DNA of 64,000 nt from Obrimoposthia wandeli (taxonomy: Eukaryota): NCBI GenBank assembly GCA_977020255.1, contig CDROCS010003425.1, positions 1 through 64,000 of the forward strand, read 5' to 3'. A model generated the notes under the pieces. That model was not told the origin of the DNA. It worked only from the letters and a program-made list of their open reading frames with translations, and did no database searches. Shown here piece after piece: positions 1 to 11,310 of this stretch (the first letter of the stretch is position 1; each line of letters begins with the position of its first letter). The position numbers and the translations under genes are program-made.

Positions 1-2485
1 ATTCAGGACTGAGACGCCAGCAACATTTCAGCGTTATAATTCTGCACTCGCATCGTGTTAAACACGATGGTTTATATCGATGATACTTAATAATATTTTC
101 TAAAACAGTTCAGAAGAACATCTAAAAATCAAGTTATTTAAAGATTGGAAAATGCTAAGTAAACCTACAAAATGCGAATGGGCTAAGAGCGAAGTAACAT
201 TTTTTAAGGACATATAGTATCGAAAAGTGCATCGACCTGATCCAGCAAAGATCGAAAGTAAAAAGCGCATTTAGCACCAAAGACTGTTAAGGAAATACAA
301 ATTTTGGGTCTTGCGAACTATTATGGTGATTTGTTAAACATTTTTCAAGATATAGCAACCCATTGAAAAAGTTGACGAGGAAAGATGAGGAGGTTATATG
401 GGAAAGAAAGCACAACAAGCGTTCGAGCATTTAAAGAAAAGGCTTGATAAAAGCACCAACATTGGTTTCCCAAAATATGGCCGACAATTCCTTACTGATG
501 ACGGATGCAAGTAACTATGCTGTAGGAGCAGTATTGGGACAAGAGGATGACGAAGGAAGAGAACACGCCATCGCGTATGCGAGTAGAGGGTTAAACAGAG
601 CCGAAAGAGGATAATCTGTTTTTGTAAAGGAATGTCTAGCCATAGTATATTCATGTAGACAGTACAGACACTACTTGCTAGGACAAACAGTATTCTTGTA
701 TACAAATCACAAACCACTACAGTTCTTGTATAAACATAGAGACGAGATGAGTAGATTAAACAGATGGTTTCTGAAATTGGCCGAATTTGATCTAGAAGTC
801 CGTTATACAACCGGAAAGTCGAATGGCAACGCAGATTGTTTGTCGAGATTGATAAATGTAGACGAGAAAGGAAACATAATTCCAGAAGAAGGTCAAGATA
901 AAGGAGAAGCAAATCTACTAACGATTTTGCTGAAGACGGGTAAAATAGACAAAGAGATCATCAAGGAACAGAAGGAAGATGAAGAACTGAGTCTAATCAA
1001 AGAACTGTTAGTGAAAGGAGATCTAAACGATGAAATGACGAAAAAATACTCGATAAAAGAAGGAATCTTGTATATTGTCAACAATGTCGGAAAGATAGTA
1101 GAAGTAATTCCGAAGACATTGAAAACAGCAGTGATGATCCAGTACCACGATGGAACACTAGGAGGACATCTGTCAGGATGAAAGACAATAGCCAGAATCA
1201 AAGAGAAGTACCATTGGGATGGTATGGAAGATGACATAAAACAATGGTGTAAACAATGTAAAGTATGTTTAACCAGAAAAGACACCGGAACTCGTACTAA
1301 AGTTCCACTGAAACCGATGCCAGTTCCTTTGGCACCAATAGAATTCACAGCGATGGATATATTGGGACCATTGAGAGAATCAAGTAAAGGAAACAAGTAC
1401 GTCATAGTATTTACGGAGTATATGACGAGCATACCCATGCAAAACCAGAAGGCTGAGACAATAGCGCAGATCTTAGTCGAAGAGATAATATTTCGATACG
1501 GAGTGAGTAGGTGGATGTGTCCGGTCTAATCCACACCGCCTCCCCCCTTGTCCTTTAAAACCGTGCATGTGTGTGGAGTGAAATTTCGTGTAGGTGTGTG
1601 GAGTGAAATTTCACTCCACACACATACATTTTAAGACTGAAGGAAGGAGTCTGGAGCCGGACGGAGATGCCTAGAAAGTTATTAACGGATCAAGGCAAGA
1701 ACTTCACTGGAGAAGTAATAAAAGCAGTATCGAAGATATTCGGAATCATGAAGTTACAAACTTCACCATATCACCCACAAAACGATGGTCTAGTAGAGAG
1801 GTTTAATAAAACCTTATGTATGATGGTACAATCTTATTGCTCCGATAAGCAAGAGGATTGGAATAAGTATTTACCTTCATGTTTATATGCTTACAGGAAT
1901 TCAGTTCGAGAGGCGACGGGTCACACACTATTTTATCTGATGTATCTCAGACAAAACAATATGCCAATGGATCTGGAGTGGACCGAACCAACATCTCAGT
2001 ACCTAGAAACTGAACAATACATTGTCGTTATGAAGGAAAGACTACAAAATGCTTGGACTAAAGCAGGATTGAAATTGAAATTCAATCAAGAAGATTACAA
2101 GGAACAATATGACAAAAAGGCAAAACCACATGAATTTAGAGTTTGAGATCGACTGATGATATTTTACCCAGTCATCGAACCAGGTCTATCGTTTAAACTT
2201 CACAGACCATACAAAGGACCATACAAGGTGATACAGACAACCTCAACGAATTTGAAAGTAATCAACGAGGAGAACCGGAACAAGGAACCAATGATTGTAC
2301 ATGCGAATCGATGTAAACTGGTACCGAATAAAGATAATGCGTCACGATATGAGCTAAGATCACAGAAATTGAAGCTGAATACCAATACCATTAAACTTAC
2401 ACGAATGGTAAGTGATCGAAACTACATAAATACGATGACAAGTAGTAACGATGAAGACCAGCGAGAATTGGCATGCTCAGAATAA
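1..2485 (+). pseudogene. pol: Gypsy pol (RT end, RNase H, integrase), disrupted by stops, frameshifts and a 157 bp insertion
   Basis: RNase H reads FLLMTDASNYAVGAVLGQ...AIAYASR...KECLAIV...NHKPL. Integrase HHCC reads YHDGTLGGH...WCKQCKVC. DDE core reads AMDILGPL / TDQGKNF / GLVERFNKTL, followed by the GPY/F motif PYKGPYKVI. Confidence 0.95.
1506..1662. mobile_element. Mini (TIR-only) Polinton inserted in the Gypsy integrase
   Basis: Begins AGTAGGTGGATGTGTCCGGTCTAATCCACACC, the same as the Polinton end at 28529. The second half resembles a degraded opposite TIR. Flanks are GGAGTG (1500-1505) and GGAGATG (1663-1669). Removing it restores RYGVPRKLLTDQG. Confidence 0.85.
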
Positions 2486-4839
2486 AGCACCAAGAGGAAA
2501 AAGAAGTAATCCGACACTTCGCACCACAAGAGATATTAGAAGAAGACAAAGAGATCATAGTCGTTTTCGAAAGAACACAACCAACAGATGTGGCGAAAGA
2601 GGTCATTTTGAAAGATGCATTGACAAACGAATTTCTGTGCGAACTTAGAGTGTCATATTTCGATGGAAATACACTAGTCGCAGAACTACATCAAAACTCC
2701 AATGTGTTTACGACCGAGAAAGTGATAATATAAATCACATTGACACCAAACATAGTTGCATGGCAGAACTATGACAGTACGGAAGCAGGACTAGCCATTC
2801 AGGAAGAAAAAGAACCGGTCGGTGGTCATATACTTCATGGTACACCAAAAAGACTCAAACAGGAATACCATGATGTACTGGTATTACGCAATTCACAAGG
2901 GAAAAAAGATATAATGAGAGTTCATTTAATCAACGCCGAGACAAATAAGGTATTATGTCAGATGGTCACAAAATACTTTGATGGAAAGACCATTGTATGT
3001 AATATACCGGTATCTCACCAATTAAAAACAGATAAAACAGAAGTATCTGTAAGGTTGAGCGTAATAGAAGGATTCCATTCGCCAACCCAACCCGAAGTAA
3101 CAAACAATAAAATCGTTAAAGCAACGGCAGAGTTACGCATTAACAGCGGATACCGAAAGTGGGAAGCTAGAAATAAACCACAAAGAATCAATATGATCAG
3201 AAAACAAGCGAAAAACTCAATCCAGCCAAAATATCATGCTGAAATAGTATCATCCGCGCCAAGTGTGATTACATCAATAAACGACGAAATTATAATATTA
3301 CTAAAAAATCGATGGCCATCATCAACCGAGATACGAGTCAATTTAGTGAATTATGCGAAAACACCGATATCTAAGCTGAATGTCACCTATTTCGATGGAT
3401 TGTCCATCATGGGTAAATTGGAAACAATCGTCATGTGCTATCGAGCACAATTCCAAGTTGAGATACTTAAGGATAATGTAATACCGTATCTGATTCACAG
3501 AGACTCAGGACCAGTCAATCCAATTATTCTAACCCCTTCATTAATTTCAGTTCAAACATACATACCAGAACACCCTTTGAGCGAGTCTAGTCAAGACAGT
3601 GAACCTGAAAGCAGCGATCCAGAGTCAACAGAATCCGAAGATAACATAATAGAGCGATTCGGAAAAACCATGGAGGTTGAATTCGCTAAAGAGAGCAGAA
3701 AAAGACGAAACATAGACTTCGTGAAACATAATATACAAGAAAGACGAATTAAATCCGCAGAAGAGACCGAGTCGGAAGAGAAACTAACAAAGGAACAGAC
3801 ATCAGAGACAAAGATGAATATCTCTCCAGCAATACGAATGCTGAGAGGAAAGAAACTGGCGAAATTATTCATCATATATGAACAAATAGAGAAGCGATTA
3901 GAAAGATTAAAACTTGAGGAGTCAGAATTGATGCCACCAATGAGTGAGATAATTCCAGATATGTTATACCTCGGAAATGTGGAAGACGCATTAGACGAAA
4001 AGAAACTGTTGGAAAAAGGGATAACATATGTGATCAATGTTACAATGAATCACGAATCGCAATATCAGACAATCAGAGCTATGACATTAAGAGTGAAAGA
4101 CTCAATGGAGGCTAATCTTCTCGAATGGTTCGGAGAAACAAACGAGATAATTTACAAAGAACTCCAAAACCAAGGAAAAGTGTTGGTACATTGTCAGAAA
4201 GGAATCTCTAGATCAGCAACCTTGGTATTAGCATATCTAATAAAGAGTAGACGAATGCAGGTACTAGAAGCGCTGAAATATCTACAAGAAAGACGAAGTA
4301 TCGCGAACCCAAACCTTAATTTTTTGGGACAATTGTCAAATTACCAACTCCTGTTGCAAGAACGGAGACGGATGGATGACATCCCCGAGGATCCAAAGGA
4401 AAATAATTTCCTCCAATCACTATCGTTGACCGGATTATTCTTAGCAGGAGTCGACAAAATCACCCAGATAATGCCAAAAGTATTTCTATGTAACCCAGGA
4501 GATATAGATACTGCTGGTTTAAAGTTCCACAGTATAAACCGAGTAATTAACATTGTTGAAGTCGAAAACGAGATAATCAGTATATGTCAAAATACTGAAG
4601 ATGACACTACACGATACATACATGCTTCAAATCGGGAGATAAACGACGCACAACAACACCTGATGAAGTTGACTCAAACTATCCAAGCCGAAGTCACAGA
4701 AGGAAACGGCGTTCTGATATATCAGAAAAAAGGTACAATGTTAGCACCTACCATAGTCATACACCAGAAGAAGCGATGGTCTACATCAAACAGAATAGAC
4801 CAGATACGGAATTCAAACCGTTACTCGTTCGAGAAATAG
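2473..4839 (+). CDS. Cargo ORF: three YFDG-motif repeats, a dual-specificity protein phosphatase domain and a second degenerate phosphatase domain; one in-frame TAA at 2731
   Basis: ORFs 2473..2733 and 2740..4839 share a frame. The DSP domain reads SEIIPDMLYLGN...GITYVINVT...LRVKD...KVLVHCQKGISRSATLVLAYL...RSIANPNLNFLGQL. The second copy reads ITQIMPKVFLCN...INRVINIV...GVLIYQKKG and has no catalytic Cys. Confidence 0.9.
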
Positions 4840-5597
4840 AGAAATACTCCGAAAGAAGGAAGCAACAACGAGAAATGAATGAGGTTACAACAACAGTGCC
4901 CAGCTATCAGTACCAAAGATTGCTAGCACTGGGCTTGTTAAGTTGTCTAATGCCAACAACGGGAGCACAAGAGATAGGCTCCAACCACGGAAATAGTTCC
5001 TGGTTTAAAGAAATCAACAACTACATCATGCAGTACAATACACCAACACTGATGATGCTATAAGTGTTGATAGGACTGATCGATGTTTGGATAATCAGAA
5101 AATGTTTCCGATCTATAAGAACCGATAGAGAAAGATTCCAGTTTGTAAAAATGAAGAGACCAAACGGACCAACAACACAGGTACTTGTTTATCTAGACGA
5201 AAGGATCGAGGAGAACATAGTTAATGAAGTGATATATTATCCACAAAACAGACTACTGAATCAATTCCGAATGGACTACGAAGCTGACCGACAGTGCACA
5301 CTTGATAAAATATCAGCAACGTTCGCAGGATGCAGGCAAAGAAAACGAATTGTAAAGGAAATACAAAAATATGCGGATACAAAAGGTACGACGTATGTAT
5401 TCGACGGCGATATCATCAAAACACGTGAGTATGGAAGTAAGAGAGTGATAATCGAAACGATGGAAGGACATAAAACATGCTTGTCCGCCAAAAATGGATT
5501 CGGAAAGTTGGTGATACAAGGCAAAGTTGATTATCGGAAAAACCGGAATCGAAGAAATGTCAAAGTAACGACAGACAACCAAGACAAAACGACATAA
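4776..5597 (+). pseudogene. Probable continuation of the phosphatase ORF with hydrophobic segments (frameshift near 4765, TAA at 5061)
   Basis: This frame reads PEEAMVYIKQNRP, a DSP C-terminal motif. ORFs 4776..5063 and 5064..5597 share a frame. Hydrophobic stretches are LLALGLLSCLMPTTGA and LMML*VLIGLIDVWII. Confidence 0.55.
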
Positions 5598-5607
5598 TCA
5601 GAATCAG

Positions 5608-5988
5608 ATGTATCTCAAACGAATAATAATCAAAACTGTTTGCAAAAGGACAATCAAGGTCCTTTGCACTGTTGCACAAGGATTGATCTACGGAGTAGTA
5701 ATTGGATTGGTACTACAAGCCATTCCAACCGGTAAAGCTGAATTGATGACGCTAGCTGAATATAATCTACATTTGAGAAATCTAGACAACACTCTAGAAA
5801 TAATCAAGACGTCTCCCAGTAAAGCCGTGATGATCATATGTGTGAAAGGATGTCCAGAACGAGTATGTATAATACCAGAGACAGAAATGAAAACACTAAA
5901 TGGATATTATGAAGTTAGTGTTGTCACATGTGAAGGATACACATTTGGACAAACTAAAATAGTACTTCTCAGTGACATGTCCAACTAA
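5608..5988 (+). CDS. Hypothetical membrane/secreted protein (retroelement cargo)
   Basis: 126 aa ORF with a hydrophobic segment (GLIYGVVIGLVLQAI) and a Cys-containing tail. No family recognised. Confidence 0.5.
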   Translation: MYLKRIIIKTVCKRTIKVLCTVAQGLIYGVVIGLVLQAIPTGKAELMTLAEYNLHLRNLDNTLEIIKTSPSKAVMIICVKGCPERVCIIPETEMKTLNGYYEVSVVTCEGYTFGQTKIVLLSDMSN

Positions 5989-6060
5989 AGTACACATAAA
6001 TTTAAAATATTAACCATCAAAAGTAAAGGGATACAAGCAATACGTTACGGTATTCTAGAA

Positions 6061-7389
6061 TTGGTTAATCCAATACTGGCATTGATTATCGGAATCATAA
6101 TATTAATATTGCTCATCTTATTTTGTTGTACAAAGATCGAGTTGAAATCAAAAAAGAAACGTCACGATCTCGCAAGACGAACCGGTCAAATGAATTTACA
6201 AAAATTCGACACAACTATACCAAGACCAGCATTCCTAAATGAACCATCACCGGAGTATCAGCCAACGATATATAAACATATCGAGGAAAGACCGTACTAC
6301 ATGAGTAACTTGAGTTATCTCAGAGAAGTTCCTGAGATCCGGAACCGGACGATAATAGGAATCATGCTGATCATACAAATCACCACAACTGAGGCTGGTT
6401 ACAAGATCATGATCAGTAAATGGAGACAAGATACGATACGTGCGTTATATATAAAAATACCTCTACTAAAAACGAATCACATAGTAGAAATTCAACTACA
6501 AACATCCGCAACCGAAAATGTCGATCAGAAATTGTATGTCATCCGCCAGATTGAAATAAAGATTGACAAACATACACTTTACTACCGACTGATACTATTC
6601 TATTATGAAAAGGTATTATACCTACGAATAACAATATCAAAAAAGAAACGGATTATCCAAATTATCCGAACAAAGTCAGTAATATTGCCTAACGACGAGC
6701 GCATCTGGAAAGTTATTGACAGGTTTATGGTCACAGGTAAACGACGTAAAACTGTATGGAATTCTGTTAATTTATTCTTCAGATTGTTAGAAACTGGCCA
6801 GGTAACAGTGGCGTGTCCCAATCCCGATGACGGAATCAAATTCGCAATACAACCCCAAATGTTAGTACCGCATTATGATGCAGAATGTCTATGTAGCCGA
6901 ATTTCCAGTAATGCTAAAGAGACCTCTACCGTAATCATAGTAATAACAGGTGAAATATTCTATATAACTCTAAGATACCAGACACGTCGATTTTGTGGAC
7001 TAGGTATGAGCATCAAAACCAAGAAATTCAATTCTGGGAAACCAAACACAGTCATAAAGAAGGCAAAGGTGAAAGGAAAAGAGCTTGATTCCAGAAACCA
7101 AAGCACAATTATTGAGAGAACAAGAGTGAAGGGAACGATTCCACTGGATCTCAAATCTCGAATAATAATACCCGTTAGACAAAAAACAAAATATCCGAAT
7201 CCACGATTTATAAGAAAATCAGACATAATACACGGAAACCGAACAGCAGCAATTGAGACGTCACTCAAACCGACAAACAACAAAATAAAGTACGATTACC
7301 AATCCTCAGACAGCGGGATAACTGCAGTCAATGCTTTAATTGTAATGGCCGTAGTGTCAACTGCAGTAGTTCTATTGACAGTCGTGTAA
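6061..7389 (+). CDS. Hypothetical membrane protein in the env-like position
   Basis: 442 aa open frame with N-terminal (ILALIIGIIILILLILFCC), internal (TIIGIMLIIQI) and C-terminal (ALIVMAVVSTAVVLLTVV) hydrophobic helices. No fusion-protein motif recognised. Confidence 0.6.
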   Translation: MVNPILALIIGIIILILLILFCCTKIELKSKKKRHDLARRTGQMNLQKFDTTIPRPAFLNEPSPEYQPTIYKHIEERPYYMSNLSYLREVPEIRNRTIIGIMLIIQITTTEAGYKIMISKWRQDTIRALYIKIPLLKTNHIVEIQLQTSATENVDQKLYVIRQIEIKIDKHTLYYRLILFYYEKVLYLRITISKKKRIIQIIRTKSVILPNDERIWKVIDRFMVTGKRRKTVWNSVNLFFRLLETGQVTVACPNPDDGIKFAIQPQMLVPHYDAECLCSRISSNAKETSTVIIVITGEIFYITLRYQTRRFCGLGMSIKTKKFNSGKPNTVIKKAKVKGKELDSRNQSTIIERTRVKGTIPLDLKSRIIIPVRQKTKYPNPRFIRKSDIIHGNRTAAIETSLKPTNNKIKYDYQSSDSGITAVNALIVMAVVSTAVVLLTVV

Positions 7390-7639
7390 GTGAAAGGCAG
7401 TCAGATATGCCCAAGAATACGACGGAAATGCAAAGAGCTGCGATGCTGTAACACACCCACGATAGAGGAAGTGGAATTGCGACCCTTACCTTCGCCTCCC
7501 ATCAAGACATGACAAGTCAGAGGAGGTTGTAGATAAATTAGTGTGTAAAAATATGTAGAGATATGTAGAAGAGTATGTACAAACAAGTGTAGAAATATGT
7601 AAAACTCATGTAGAAATTAATTGTCATCATGTAGTTAGA

Positions 7640-7938
7640 ATGTCCGAAGAATGTCCAATATGTTTGGAAGATATAACCGAACGAAGAACAAGACCCAATA
7701 CCTGCAACCATTTACACCACGAGGAATGTTTATCAAAATGTATCCGACTTATGGAGAATTCCTACATCCAACATACCCTCGTTGCCCTGTATGCAGAAGA
7801 CAATTTACAAAATTCATCATAATAGAACCCAACCAAGAGGATGTAGATGTACAAGTGGTATTCTGTTGGAAGAATTTGAGAGAGTGTTGGTGTTTTTTCT
7901 GTACATCAGAACGACAAGATCCGACCACTTTTGTGTAA
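7640..7938 (+). pseudogene. RING-H2 finger unit 1 (one frameshift)
   Basis: CPICLEDI...CNHLHHEECL in the 7640 frame, then CPVCRRQF...FCWKNLRECWCFFC in the 7651 frame. Confidence 0.8.
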
Positions 7939-7998
7939 ACATCACACAACAACCAACCCTCAATCGAGCCCAAATTCAACATCACCCATCTCACAGCA

Positions 7999-8304
7999 AT
8001 GTCTGGAGAATGTTCCATCTGCTACGGGAACATCGTGGACCTCTACACCAAACCCAACAACTACGAACACCAATTTCATGTCCAATGCCTCGAGACATGG
8101 ATCCCAGTTGTCAACAGCAACAAGCCCCTCGACTACCCAACCTGCCCGATGTGCAGGGCATCCTTCTCGGTACACTTCGTATACGACCGAGACAGTCTCC
8201 AAGCAGTGGTACCCATCGTACACTGCTGGAAGGACACCTGCGACTGCTGGTGTATGTTCTGCGTGGAGGAGCGACGCACAGACCAGCCCGACAGCCAGCA
8301 GTAA
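7999..8304 (+). CDS. RING-H2 finger unit 2
   Basis: CSICYG...YEHQFHVQCLETW...CPMCR followed by HCWKDTCDCWCMFC. One ligand Cys is replaced by Tyr. Confidence 0.8.
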   Translation: MSGECSICYGNIVDLYTKPNNYEHQFHVQCLETWIPVVNSNKPLDYPTCPMCRASFSVHFVYDRDSLQAVVPIVHCWKDTCDCWCMFCVEERRTDQPDSQQ

Positions 8305-8615
8305 TCAAAGGTAACTTTTTGACATAAACATGACATCATGAACTAACCCTGGGTATTGCATACCGCGGTAAAATAGCTACCATAATTGTATTCATAATTG
8401 TATAATCTTGTGAAACTGTAAAATGACCTTTACCATTTTTATGTATGATGTTTATTTGAAATTGTAATTATTATACTGAAATTCCAAAAGACAATTTTTA
8501 TACTTAGAATGCGAAAAAACATGCCCAAAGAAAAGACAAAATTCGGTAGGTTAAAATATTAAGGGTTAAAATCATATAAACTTCAAATAAAAAAGTAATT
8601 AACCAACACACCATT

Positions 8616-8996
8616 GTGCAGATGATATGCTCGGTGTACCTCGACAGAGTTCGGGACTCCTCAGCAATCCCTGCCGGATGCCGTCACCGGTTCTACGAGG
8701 CGTTTCTCTATATGTGGGCTAAAGCTCGACCCGCCGGCTACATCACATGCCCGATGTGCCGAGCACCCTTCACCGAGTGGACGATCCAATGCCGTGGACG
8801 TTCAAAGGGCACCCGCTCACCTACCAGCTGTATTGGTGGCGAGTGGTGCCGATGCCCCATCTGCCCTGTGCGCCGTCGCGACGCGCAACGCAATATACGA
8901 GAGGTGTGGCAGTCTAGCCGTGACCACCACTCGTGGCAGTACGCTCGGCGAGTGTGGCTCCGCAACCATGAGCAGCACAGTTCCGGCGCCCCCTAA
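8616..8996 (+). CDS. Degenerate RING-H2 finger unit 3
   Basis: CSVYLD...CRHRFYEAFLYMW...CPMCR followed by SCIGGEWCRCPIC. Several ligands are substituted. Confidence 0.65.
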   Translation: MQMICSVYLDRVRDSSAIPAGCRHRFYEAFLYMWAKARPAGYITCPMCRAPFTEWTIQCRGRSKGTRSPTSCIGGEWCRCPICPVRRRDAQRNIREVWQSSRDHHSWQYARRVWLRNHEQHSSGAP

Positions 8997-10311
8997 TCCG
9001 CCAAAACCCGAATTTGAACATTTTCCAGCAGCTGGGGCTCTACCAGGGCGACACTTCAGTTTTCCCAACGTTGCCCTGTGAACGGGTTATGTTGTTCCTC
9101 GAGGAGCGGAACAGGCCAGTGCCCACTATCGACTTAACAATGGATGACTGATGGAACATTGACACCTTATCTTTCCTTCTCCTTTCCTTTTCTAAATTTC
9201 TCATCCACACATTTTTGTATAAATACACGTTGAATAACATTCGTGACATTGTCCGAACATTATTCAAAATACACGAGTTTTGTCAAACTAGTGGGTATGT
9301 TTGAAGCGTCATCGAATGTTTGAAATCAAGTGAGGATTTTTTCTAAAATCTGGGACTAGTGAATTAAAATCGATACGTTCCGAGGACGTAACTTTTTTGA
9401 AACCCCCGAGATATGTTAGGATTAGGTTTTGACTAAATTAAAATAATTAATCATTTTTATACTAAAATAAAAATCCTTGAAAGCAAGGTTATAATTAAGA
9501 TAAAATTAATTATAAAATTAAAATTATAAAAATAAAATCAGTGGGAAAATATTAGGACCAAAAAGGTCATGTGTAAGCGTGTGCTGTATATAAGGGATTT
9601 TAAACTTAACCAAAAGGCCCAAAAAAGAAGAAAGTGCAATTAACCAAAAAAGAAATTAGGAAGAAATATAAAGAAAAGAAATCCAAATCCATTAGGAAAG
9701 CCAGTCGCGGCACTTAACAATCTTTCTGCTACAACGGACTCGCTGGGAACCAAGCCAGCCGCCAGATCTCCTCAACTCCGCAACTTGTTTGGAGGTAAGA
9801 ATCACTTAGCTAAGTGATCTTAATTACTATTTCATTCCAGTCTAGACCCGTCGCATAAGGCCTCACGGAATCGCAGTCCAATAGAGAAGAGGACAATTCC
9901 CAGAAATCAATTAGCGTCGGGAACGAAATAGAAGGTAAACAGAAATCAATTAGCGTCGGGAACGAAATAGAAGGTAAAATCTTAATATAAAAGGAAAGTT
10001 AATTTTGATTTTCACAGAAGAAAAATTCCAGAAAACTTATAGAAATTGAGTGATTGAGAAGCAGATCACATCAGAAAAGTGAAGAAAGGTAATCAAATTT
10101 TAATTAGAGAAACTATTGTTCGACTCCCAGAAGTTAAACCGTATCGGAAGGACCAAGACTTACGGAGCTAACTGTATCAGAAGGACCAACAGACGTACGG
10201 AAACCAACCGTACCTGGAAGGAACGAACTACGCGAAGCATCGGACGAGGAGTTCATATCAGCAAACCCCAGTTGGATCAAGGTAAGCCGAGTCTGAATAA
10301 AAGTGAAATTG

Positions 10312-10975
10312 ATTGAATCGAGCTGAGTGAAGTTATCATTGTTAAATTGAATTGAGTTTTTTGAAGTTATCAATATTTAAATTGAATTGAGTAAAGTTAT
10401 CAATATCTAAATTGAACTGAGTGAAGTTATCATTATTTGAATCGAGCTGAGTGAAGTTATCATTGTTAAATTGAATTGAGTTTTTTAAAGTTATCAATAT
10501 TTAAATTGAATTGAGTAAAGTTATCATTATTTGAATCGAGCTGAGTGAAGTTATCATTATTTGAATCGAGCTGAGTGAAGTTATCATTATTAAATTGAAT
10601 TGAGTTTTTTGAAGTTATCAATATCTAAATTGAATTGAGTGAAGTTATCATTATTTGAATCGAGCTGAGTGAAGTTATCATTATTTGAATCGAGCTGAGT
10701 GAAGTTATCATTATTAAATTGAATTGAGTTTTTTGAAGTTATCAATATTTAAATTGAATTGAGTAAAGTTATCAATATCTAAATTGAACTGAGTGAAGTT
10801 ATCATTATTTGAATCGAGCTGAGTGAAGTTATCATTGTTAAATTGAATTGAGTTTTTTGAAGTTATCATTATTAAATTGAATTGAGTTTTTTGAAGTTAT
10901 CAATATCTAAATTGAATCGAGTAAAGTTATCAATATCTAAATTGAACTGAGTGAAGTTATCATTATTTAAATTGA
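10312..10975. repeat. Minisatellite inside the LTR (TTGAATCGAGCTGAGTGAAGTTATCA variants); second copy about 19131-19637
   Basis: Many 25-35 bp variant units. The array is about 160 bp shorter in copy 2. Confidence 0.9.
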
Positions 10976-11079
10976 ATAGTTGGAAGTTGGAGTTTAAAAG
11001 TCGTAACTGTAGAATTTGAATTAAAAAGGCTACGTTAAATTAAAAGGCTAAGTAAAATTACCTTGCTCTATTTTTTCAG

Positions 11080-11310
11080 TGCCCATATTTTTAGAGTGAG
11101 TACTTTATAAAATTAACAAACTTACATTGCCCATATTTTTAGAGTGAGTACTCTACATAAAATTAACAAACTTACATTCCCCATATTTTTAGAGTAAACA
11201 ACTCTACTAAAATCAACTAAAATTACATCGCCCATATTATTTAGAGTAAAGACTCTAGTAAAACCTACCATTTTAACCTTGTCACATTTTAGAGTAAAGA
11301 CTCTAGTAAC
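11080..11310. repeat. ~47 bp tandem repeat (GCCCATATTTTTAGAGTGAGTACTCTA...); second copy about 19740-19922
   Basis: 4-5 imperfect units, with one unit fewer in copy 2. Confidence 0.85.

Noticed and set aside
8345-8568. piggyBac-like MITE (TAACCCT...AGGGTTAA) between RING units 2 and 3
   Set aside because: The inverted match is only about 7 bp and the left TTAA is imperfect; not enough to call.
10312-10975. Repeat array as a CRISPR array
   Set aside because: No unique spacers, units are mosaic variants, the context is eukaryotic LTR DNA and no cas genes are present.
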